A stretch of 63,241 nucleotides of DNA, filler included, from Licmophora abbreviata (Eukaryota): the NCBI GenBank assembly GCA_900291995.1. It is 9 parts of 9 records of this genome, joined end to end, with 100 filler letters (N's around TTAATTAATTAA, not from the genome) between each part and the next. Parts side by side here need not be neighbours in the genome. Positions count along the whole stretch, not along the records: positions 7,517 to 17,511 come from OLMU01002450.1; positions 17,612 to 25,933 come from OLMU01002451.1; 7 more parts are not named here. One strand, written 5' to 3'. Each line of letters opens with the position of its first letter. Position 1 is the stretch's first letter. Shown piece after piece: positions 12,391 to 22,146 of the stretch. The notes beneath the pieces are model-generated. The model saw only the letters and a list, made by a program, of their open reading frames with translations, did not search any database and was not told the origin of the DNA. Position numbers and translations under genes: made by a program.

Positions 12391-15231
12391 TTACCCTTCA
12401 AACTGGTACTCCTCGCTATCGTCACTGCTTATTTCGTCGAAGACAGCTGCGACATCGGTTTGGCGAGCCGCCGGCTTCCTGGCGCCGGGGATAGTTGTTT
12501 TCCGAGATGATTTGTTTGCAGCTTCCAGACTGTTCTCCTCCTCATCAGACGACGAAAGGACAAGAAGCTCAATTACCTCTTTGGTCTTCCTTTTCTTCGA
12601 CCCGGCTGCTTTCTTCTTCGTCGATGCTCTGCTCGCGTCAGTTTTCTTCGCGTCCGATCTCGCACGCTTCGACTTGCTTTGCTTTCTATTCGATTTCGGC
12701 TTGTTCGTTTCGAACCAACCATCAGCATTACTCGGAGTTGCGAGTTTGGGAGTCTTTTTCGCCACGCTTCGCGAAAGACGCTTCGGAAGTCTTATCTCTA
12801 CTGTTGGATCGGGAGAGTTGATCAGATTGTTGGCAAGGAAACTCAGCTTCAAGTACATGGTCGCCCTGAGCATAGCGACAATACGAAAGGGCTCGAGTAC
12901 GTCAGACCGACGGTTTAGAACAAAATGAGCAACGGATCGATATTGACTTACGTATACGCGTTCCAGACAACGTCGGGACTAATAATATCTTCGATGATAA
13001 GCGTCACAATGATCCTCTCGCATTCATCAACAGTAAGTTCCTTCCCAGGCGAGTGTTCTTTCACGCTGGGCAATGGTCGTGAAGCGTCAGACGATGAGAT
13101 ACGACAAGTGACAACTCACGGAAACATAACTGTGACTTACAAAGCTGGCGCGGTCTTCGATCGCCATTCCTTGACAAGCTGGTTGATAGTCAAGCTATCA
13201 CCGGACTTCAATTTGTACTGCAAAAGTCTTGTCACAATCTGAGCGTGTTTGCCTAGATTCTTCTTTTCGGTCGTGATGCCGTCGTTCGCTCGCAACTCTT
13301 CTTCTGGATCTGGAGCCTCGGGTTCGCCCAGCGATGTTAAGAGGATGGCTTTACAGACAGCGTCGTTCCCTGCGGCTTGTGCATATCTAGCCATCTGCCA
13401 GAAAATTTGTTCTCCGTTATCTCCGTGAATCAAACAGATCATTCGCGAGACATCCTTCGGCGCATAATACTGTTGACGACGACGGCGAGGACGAAGCATT
13501 GGTAAGACTCGCTCATCAAGCAAATGTGCACATGCAATGCGACCACGAATGTATAGAATTACCAAAACGCAATCCGCAGGATCGCCGTCTCTTCCTGCTC
13601 GTCCACTCTCCTGGTAGTATGCCTCTAATGACTTTGACACGCTACAAGGATTTGGAGCAAGTCAACAATCGGGTCAGTCTTCGATCGCAAGAGAGACGGA
13701 TGCCTTTGAGCCCGACATACTCTCACCTATGGTGTAATACGAAACGCACATCTGGCTTGTTGATTCCCAGCCCAAAAGCAATGGTTGCAACTACAACTTG
13801 CGTATTGTTGCGCATCCAACTTCGATGGATCGCGTCTTTCTTACTGTCCGACACAGAGCTGTGATAGGACTCTGCGACAATCCCACGATCGCACAAGTCA
13901 CTCGCCACCTTATCAGCTTCCTTTCGCGAAAACGCATAGACAATACCGGCTTCGTTCGCATGATGCGTCTGAATGAACTCGGCCATGTCGTCCAGCACCT
14001 TGGTCGTCTTGCTGCGCACTTGGTAGTTGAGATTGTCTCGACGAGCCGTCGAACGAAAGAAGCGATAGTTTGAAGCCATGGAAAGTATCTCCGCGACATC
14101 TTGTCGGACACGCTTGGATGCTGTCGCCGTAACAGCAAGCAACGGGACACTTGGAAAATGTCGTTTCAGGGTTCCTAGCTTGGTATAGTCTGGACGAAAG
14201 TCGTGGCCGTATTGACTTACACAATGGCATTCGTCAATCACGAAGCGGCCGAGTCGATTTTGTCCAGCGAGCTTTTCTAGTTCATTCTTGAGCTTGTTGC
14301 TCTTGTGACACTTTTCCGGAGTGACGAGAATCATGACGATGCCGCTGGCTGGATTCCTGACAAGATTCCAGCGTCGAGTGTGCTCCTCGCGTCCAATATT
14401 GGATGTGAAGGACACGGCGCTACCAGGACGGATCGCATTCATCTGTTCTTCTTGATCTCGAATAAGAGAGATGAGAGGAGACACGACTAGTGAAATCTTG
14501 GACCCCTCCAAGATCGCGGGAAGCTGGTAGGTGAGACTCTTCCCTCCGCCAGTTCTCATAAGGACAAAGACGTCCTCCCCAGACAAAGTAGCGTCGATAA
14601 TGTCGCGTTGGTTCTGTCGAAATCGTCGCAAGCGAAAGGTATGATTCAAAAGATGGTCGACTTGTTGCGACCACGGACACTGATAGTGCTGCTGGCGCTG
14701 AGCGGCGACTACACGTTCGACGTGTGGGTGAATCGGTTCCGGCAGGGACTGCAAGGAATCGAGCTGAGCTGAAGAGGACCGACTAGTCGCCACAGCAGGC
14801 TTGGCAAAATAAGAATCCAACGTTTCCGACCCTGCAGTACTAGTAGTCGAGGGCCGAAGTGTCTCTGGCAGATCGGCGTGTTGCATCCCCCCTACTCCCA
14901 CGGCAGTCTCTGCATGGAGAGGCTGCGTTTGCGAGACGTCGGTTAGGATTTCATCGGGGTGCATGGTGAAAGTCATTGGATCAGCGAGGTTTTCGTGCGA
15001 AAGGACAGCCTGCGTAGCCATTGCGGGTTCTTCTTTGACGAAGAAGGGACTCTCGTCTTCTTCTTGGTCATCAAACTGATCAATCTCGTCGTCCAAAAGC
15101 TGCAGCTCTTCGCCCAGCGCATCCATCTGATCCTGGATGGCCTTGTGCTGCGCGAACAAGGCCTCAATTTGCCGCCGCTTCGTTTCGCGCCTGGCTTCCA
15201 AAGCCTGCTTTTTCGCTGACATATCCGACAT
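12391..15231 (-). CDS. RecQ-family DNA helicase (RECQ1-like), 5 exons: 15231-13727, 13641-13563, 13469-13141, 13065-12952, 12865-12391
   Basis: FRQNQ, TGGGKSLTYQLPA, DECHCVSQYGHDFRPDY, ATIAFGLGINKPDVRFVLH, YYQESGRAGRDG; N-terminal coiled coil; phase-compatible introns. Confidence 0.93.
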
Positions 15232-15650
15232 GGCCTTGAAGCGACAACTAGCTTCGGTAAGACAGCCAGAACGACGACAGAACTGGCCGTCGAACGCCGT
15301 CGTCAGTCAATAGACTACGAGATCGACCACACCACGCCGCCATTGAATAACGCGCCATCTTCAATTTTCGAAGCGAGGGCACTTTCTGTCTCGCGAGCTC
15401 TTTATCCTAAAAAGCTCGAACTGTGGAATTTGGAATCCAAACATTCAAACATTCATCGCACTTCCAGACTGAACGTACTACTAATGGATGGATTGAGAAC
15501 CACAAAGTTTGGCACGGCGCGACGCCGCGATGATGCCATTCTCAAATTCGAAAGTCGATCGACCCTGACCGCGACAGATACACCATAAGATCGAGATCGA
15601 TCGTACCTGGTACCCGCATCCCTGCTTCTTCACTTCTCTTGTCTGAAGCC

Positions 15651-18351
15651 ATGACGACGGACAGCAAGAGCCCCAAGTCTCTCAATGCAGCTTCCAAAGC
15701 CTTTGTGCCAGGCGCTGCTGAGCCCGCACCTGCTGCCGCACCGGTACGTGTTGGAAAGACGCAATCCTGCGAGTCAGTCTAGACTAGAAGCCTTATTTCT
15801 CTCTTGTATTTGCACGCGCCAAGCTCACGAACTTAATTTGATCACTCATTACAAACTTGCAGAAGACTGCATGGGGCAGTAAGCCACTAGATGCTGTCAG
15901 GGCCGCACCTCCGCCGCAACCGGCCCCTCGGCCTGTCAGGACCAATGGCCCGATAAAGAAGGACCACGGCAACCATCGTGGTGGAAAGCACAACCACGGC
16001 AAGACGGGGAGACACCATGGCGATAGACAGCAGCAGCAGCAGCAACAACGCAGTCACCACGGAAATAAGCACACTCACCACGGAAACAAGCACGGCGGCA
16101 GCAAAACGTACAAACACAATACCAACTTGGCCAATGTCACCTTGTGTGTACAGGGGCAGGGAGATACTCCTGCGCAGAAAGCAGTCGTTCGCTTCTCGTG
16201 TGACGAGATGCTCCAGCGGCGATTGGACTTTTTCGACGCCCCGGAGAACTTCACTCCACCCGATATTGTGCGTTGGACCGATGAAGGCCGAGAGGCCTTG
16301 CTGAAGACTCTTTTTGAGAAGCCGCGTACGAGCGGAGACGTGTCCAAGGTACCTCGCCGCAACAGCTCCCACGCCGACACGGCCCCTGCGCTGGAAGACT
16401 GCGTGCCTCTCCAAGTCAATGACGAGACACGCTGGAAATCCAGAGTTTTCGAAGCCACAAGTGAGCAAGAACAAGAGGCGGATTCAGACGATGCCGTTCT
16501 GAAGCGCGCCCTTTTGATTCTGAACAAGCTGTCGCTCACCAAGTTCGATAAGCTGAGTGCGGAATTCGTAAACACGGGAATTGGACGAAACGAAGCGTGT
16601 TTGCATGGCGCAATCGAATTGATTGTGGAAAAAGCGCAATCTGAGCCACACTTTGCAGGAATGTATGCGCAGCTTTGTTCGTACTTGCAGCAACAGCAGG
16701 TCGGAGGCGGAAAGAAGGTATTTAAAAAGCATCTGCTACACCGCTGCCAAGAGGAGTTTGAAGTGGACACGGCGCACAAAATCGCAAAGGCAACGGAGGG
16801 TATGATGAACCAAGAGGAGATCGACTATCATGCCGCTATCGTCAAGAAGAACTACTTGGGACACATGAGATTCATTGGCGAGTTGTACAAGATCGATTTG
16901 ATCAAAATCGATATTATGTTGTGGTGCTTATTCGAGCTGCTCAAGGAAGAAGATAAGGCCGAGAAGAACCTCGAGTGCTTCTCACAGCTCATGACGATCA
17001 TCGGCTACAATTTGGAGCTACAGAGCCAGGCACTTTTGGCGGAAGCAAACAAGCCGGAGCCAGCGAAGAAACTACGGGAGTGCTGGGACGCCGTTGATGA
17101 TCTGGTCGAGCGACGAGGAACCCACAGCCCCATTAGCAATCGCATCAAATTCATGTTGCTCGACTTAGAGGAACTCAGAAACAACGGTAAGTTCGGGCAC
17201 TATTGCAGCGAATCGGCGATGCTCGCCGCGTCATGACACCACGCGTCCGATCCTATACTAACATCAGCGTTCTCTTGCATAACCATGATCGAATGTAGGA
17301 TGGAATCAGCGCCGAAAGGTCGAGGAAGCCAAGACGCTTGCCGAGATCCACAAGGATGTTGCCAAGGAGGAGCGTGCCAGAAGCCGAAGTGGTGGGGTCA
17401 AACCACCTTCGCTGGGTTCGCGCCGTGCTAGTACAAGTGACATGGATCGCAAGCAGAAGCAAGAGGTCGACAAGGACGGCTTTATGAAGGTCGTCCGTAG
17501 CTCGTCTAGCGNNNNNNNNNNNNNNNNNNNNNNNNNNNNNNNNNNNNNNNNNNNNTTAATTAATTAANNNNNNNNNNNNNNNNNNNNNNNNNNNNNNNNN
17601 NNNNNNNNNNNTTATGAAGGTCGTCCGTAGCTCGTCTAGCGTCGGCCTGAGCCGCAGCGCGTCGGACGCCGCTGTGGCGTACTCAGCGCGTGTCACCCCC
17701 GACAGCGCCGGTATCCGTCGGGAGCGTAGTTTCACAGGAGCGCGCCAACAGGAAACTGTCATAGAGGAAGTGCCGAAAGTGCCATTTCCCGAACCGGCAG
17801 AATGCGGAGAAAAGCTCAAGAAGATTCTTCGTCAGTACTTTGTTGGTGGAGATACGGATGACGCGGTGCTATCTGTACACGAGGTTGTTGGAGTCGGCCA
17901 CGACGGGTCGTTGGCTCGTGGAGCCAAGGCGGTCGAACAAAGCGTAATGATGGTAATGGAAATGAAGGAAGAGGAAGTTCAGAAAGCACTGACAGTACTG
18001 ATGCGCTGTGTAGAGGAAAAGAAGCTCGAGAAAGAATCTGTTGCCTTGGGTCTCAACGATCCATTGGAGTTTGCCAGCGACATTGAGATCGACGCACCCA
18101 TGGCCGGAACGCATCTGGCGACGTTCATTGCTTCGATGGTATCGTCAAACACTCTATCTCTGGAGCTTTTTCTCTCGGCACCCGAATACTTTCGAACCGA
18201 CGGGAAGGCTGCTCTGATGTGTGCAAGGGTCGTCAAGAAATTGGGGAGGGATCCAACCACGGCAGACCTAGAGCTGATCGAGAAGCTCATGACTGACGAC
18301 GACAAGTCGACCCATGCTTCGGCTCAGGAGTTGTGTGCTTCTTTGAATTAG
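15651..18351 (+). CDS. Translation initiation factor eIF4G-like (PAM2-like motif, 4E-binding-like motif, MIF4G, MA3); introns 15744-15862 and 17187-17298; interrupted by a linker
   Basis: MIF4G: ILNKLSLTKFDKL, EKAQSEPHFAGMYAQLC, LLHRCQEEFE, GHMRFIGELYK, RIKFMLLDLEELR. MA3: ILRQYFVGGD, DIEIDAPMA. Confidence 0.92.
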
Positions 18352-19050
18352 CTATGATATTGAGTTACACTCTGTATATGTGCACACGTGTTATGTGTGT
18401 AGCGCCATATGCACAAGCCGATGTCTTCTCGTCATTATCACCGGTGCTACACGACATACCAGGTACGACCAACCGAAAGTTAGCCCACAGTAGTGCCTAT
18501 TTATTTCAACGCATCTCGTAGTAGGTTCCTGGTAGGCGTACAACGTACTGTAAGTACGGTATTCAGTTACTTGGCAAGTGTCACACGCTGATTTGTTGAC
18601 ATTCAATGTTCTGCTGATTACGTTGTCTCGTTGCTGAAGTCAAAAGCCGCGGTGTGGAGGTACGGTAGGATCATACCACCAGGTGCGCCGACACGTCGAC
18701 ACACGAGTGAGCTGTGCGCTGATGTTTGAGACAGTGTCGTTGCACTCGAAAGAAAAAGAATAGCTGTCGCTCTTTCACCAAAAGGATCATTGAGCGGCAA
18801 CGAAAGGAACAAAGCTGTTCACGCCAGGACACATCGAGCCAACATGTGAGTCGTGACGATTCGAGTGTAGCCCTATCGAGTCAACGGGATGCAGACGAGA
18901 CGATAACATACGATGCTTCTTGACAGTCAAACACTCCTGAAAGATTCTATCGAAAGCGGATAGTTCAATGCCAACAGCACCGACTCCAAGGTGCAACAAG
19001 CCGATGATGAGAACATTCATCGGAAAATATGGAGAGAAAAAGATTGCAGA

Positions 19051-19098
19051 TTTGAAGACGGGGGCGCGCCCGACGTGGGAAAATTTTGGCGCGCAAAA
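19051..19098. promoter_or_regulatory. Candidate E2F site (TTTTGGCGCGCAAAA, 19084-19098) and CHR-like TTTGAA (19051-19056) upstream of the E2F gene
   Basis: Matches the TTTSSCGC consensus in a near-palindromic arrangement about 180 nt upstream of the E2F ATG. Confidence 0.5.
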
Positions 19099-19275
19099 GA
19101 CTTTATAACAAAGTTTTTCGCATGACGAACACGAACCCGGATATATCTCAGGCGGCGAGGGAGCAGCATGAACAATCTGAAATCTGAAATCGCTTTCACT
19201 CATCACACCGCGCTCTCTCAGACCTGACTGCTGTTCTGGTATCCTTGCTCTCTGCATCGACCGACGCCTTTTGCG

Positions 19276-20740
19276 ATGTCTCACCACGCCCCTACGACGC
19301 CATCGAAAGACGTGGATGGTCTTCGACGCTCGAATCGAGCTCGGAAGCCTCCGAAACGACAAGAAGAATCGCCTGGTGACTGCAAGCATGCCCAAGTTCA
19401 TCATTGGGCGCGCGCAGGACCAAACAGAGCCCCCAGGCCCCCTTTTACGCCCTCTTCTTCAGAAAGATTGAGCTTAGCGCCTGAGGGAACCGAGACGGGC
19501 GGCGCTTCCAAGAAAAGCCGCACAGTGTCTCCCGTGACTCCCTCCACTGTGGCCAGTAGATTCAGTACCAGACCTACGAGACCTCCCGCCAAAGTTTGTC
19601 GTGCGATCAATGCCACGGCCGAGAAGAAGAAACGAGCTTCTTCATTCAAGCTACCTGTCGCTCCGAAGAGACGGAAGCTCAAGCCGCCTCCCCAGAAGGG
19701 GGCGCTTCAGAACCTGACCCAGGAAATGATGCGATACATCCAGGTACGCTCAGCATTGGATCTTCTTCTCGCGCGCCAAAACTTGTCGCATGCATGTCGC
19801 AGCCTCGCACCGGTACCTGCTACTATAGTATGGAAGATCCTTTGTCGAGCATGGCACTCACGCCCTCTATTCTTGATGTTTACTTTCACAGGAGGCTCCC
19901 AATCAAGTCCTGCGCGTTCCGATCGCTGCCGAGGACCTTGGCGTTCAGAAGCGTCGCATCTACGATGTTCTACACGTCATGGAGGGTGCCGGCCTGGTCG
20001 AACCCTTCAACAATGGCCACGGCAAGAACCAGAACGACTACCGCTGGATTCGGGACATGAACTGTATTCCTGAAAAGCGCCCTGCCATGGACAAGTCTCG
20101 TGTGAGCGCTCTCCAAGCTGAAGAGGCACAGCTCGACATGTGGATCGACATGTTACGGGGAGAGATCACCGAGCAGCTCAACCCCGACCCCCAGGAGCGT
20201 TACGATCGCAGTCTCTACGTAAACTCCGTACAGTTAAAACGTCATCTCTTCCATCATCACCGAATGGACAACCCCCGTCAGTTTGTCGCCGTCGCCTTGA
20301 AGCAGGACGATGTCGTGCAAGAGGTTGATACGAGATTGACTGCTGCGCCCGACCACCACCAGTTGATGATACGCCCACCGACGTCGGAGCCATGGGACTG
20401 GGCCGATGTTCCGGAAGGCTTTAAAATCAAGGGACTCAACCAACCCTTGAGTTATCTGGCATTTGCGCCTCCTCCCCCCACACTTGGACAATTTGTTGAA
20501 GGGATGCCGTCTCAGCTCGGCACGCTTGGCATGCCGTGTACCTCAGACTTCTCTGCGACAGCTCTTATGGGTCTCGCATCGACATCCACTGCGCATCGCA
20601 GTACGAGTCTGGGCACTTGGTCCAGCAAGGAGGAAGAGCAACACGAGAGCCATTGGGAGGACGGGAAGGAAGAGCAGGACTTGGGGTTGATTCCGCTCTT
20701 ACTTCGTGCGAGCACTAGTCTCTGCTGGATCGAAGCGTAG
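19276..20740 (+). CDS. E2F-family transcription factor; join(19276..19743,19892..20740), about 438 aa
   Basis: Spliced winged-helix domain ALQNLTQEMMRYIQ|EAPNQVL...LGVQKRRIYDVLHVMEGAGLVE...YRWI, followed by the coiled coil LQAEEAQLDMWI. Confidence 0.88.
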
Positions 20741-20975
20741 AACCACCAGTTTGCGCCAGTGGTTTGATAATCCTGGAATGATTAGTGCAGTACCATGCAT
20801 AACAACGACGGGCCGCTTGACACGACCCGTTCGTTTGATGCGCTTCGGACAAAACTAGCGAGAGAAACATCACAATAGTGATAGCATTCTAAAAGACTGG
20901 AAATTGCGTTAGTAGTTTGTACACTTTGGTAGACCCTAGCTACTCACTAGACACGTCCTCTTTCTCTCTCTCATT

Positions 20976-21890
20976 CTAGCTCTCTGGTTGCGACTCGAAG
21001 CCCTTGTGTGGGAGTTTCTGTCGTTTCTTTCGCTTGGCGGCATCTCGTCGTTGCTCGCGATTCATCTGTTGCTCTTCTTCCGTGAGCGGTTCGTACTCTA
21101 CCGGATACAAGTCTTCAAAAACGCCATCGAACTCGAAGTCCTCTTCCGAATCTTCATCGGCATCGTCACCAAATAAAATCGCATCTTCCACATTGTCAAA
21201 ATCTTCCAAAGCAATCATATCTTGTATAGAAGTTCCGTCCGGGTCTTCGGCCTCGTCCAGTCCGTCTTGTATCGCTTGCTCTTCCTCCGTCAGGGCCTTC
21301 TTTTTCTTCTTTTTAATGTAGAGCTCGTTCGGGTCCCGCTTCTTTTGTCCTTGAGTGACTTTGACTGCACGCCCCATCAGTATTTGATTGTTGCAGATCT
21401 CCATGGCAGACGTCGCGTATATGGGATCGGAGAACAAGGCAAAGCCGTATCCCTTGCTCTGGTGCGTTTTCCAATCGCGAATCACCTTGACGCTCCTCAC
21501 GTTGAACGTGGACCCCAATTTCTGTTTGAAGAACAGCATAACGTCAGTCTCGTTCGCCTGAAAGTTCAGATTTCCCAAGAACAGCTTGGTTGGATCGACA
21601 AAGGATTTGGTACCCTTGCGGCCAGCCGTCCGTACGCGCTGGGCATTTGCCACCGCTAGAGCGCCATCGCCACCTGTTTGTATTGACCGACCTCGTGAGT
21701 TAGTGCTGTTTTTCATGAAACAGGGCCTTATCCGAACAAAACGAGATCGATGAAGACGACTCGACGCTGTCACAGCGGTGGCATGTTGTCCTGATGGCGT
21801 CGGCGAGAAGGCAAGTGCGACAAGCACTAGATTCGACGTCAGGGCCAAAGCGAGCGCAGCCAAGAACCTCCTTATCCGCGATCTCAGCAT
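20976..21890 (-). CDS. Plastid-targeted single-RRM RNA-binding protein with an acidic C-terminus
   Basis: RNP2 LFLGNL, RNP1 KGYGFALF; signal peptide ending ALAF. Confidence 0.88.
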   Translation of the reverse strand: MLRSRIRRFLAALALALTSNLVLVALAFSPTPSGQHATAVTASSRLHRSRFVRIRPCFMKNSTNSRGRSIQTGGDGALAVANAQRVRTAGRKGTKSFVDPTKLFLGNLNFQANETDVMLFFKQKLGSTFNVRSVKVIRDWKTHQSKGYGFALFSDPIYATSAMEICNNQILMGRAVKVTQGQKKRDPNELYIKKKKKKALTEEEQAIQDGLDEAEDPDGTSIQDMIALEDFDNVEDAILFGDDADEDSEEDFEFDGVFEDLYPVEYEPLTEEEQQMNREQRRDAAKRKKRQKLPHKGFESQPES

Positions 21891-22146
21891 GATCCTCGAG
21901 ACTTCAATAAAGAAAACAAAGAGTCGAAAGTCGACGTTGCTGTGTTGGCGTGTGTCAACAGAACGTCTTACCAGTTTCAAGTTGCCATCAGACGTCGCTC
22001 TGCAGTTTGCAGTTCGAGACTTTGGATGGCTGAGCGGGATCGGAAAGTGTTCGTCTGCCCATCGCCCAATCAGTTCGCCTTTTTGGTCAAACAACATTCC
22101 AAATCCCAAATTCGAGGACCAAAAATCAAAACAATGCGATGAGACC

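Noticed and set aside
16075..16779. Long antisense ORFs over eIF4G, and similar ones over PepN, MYB, fasciclin and the mS23-like gene
   Set aside because: These are shadow ORFs caused by codon bias of the real gene on the other strand or frame.
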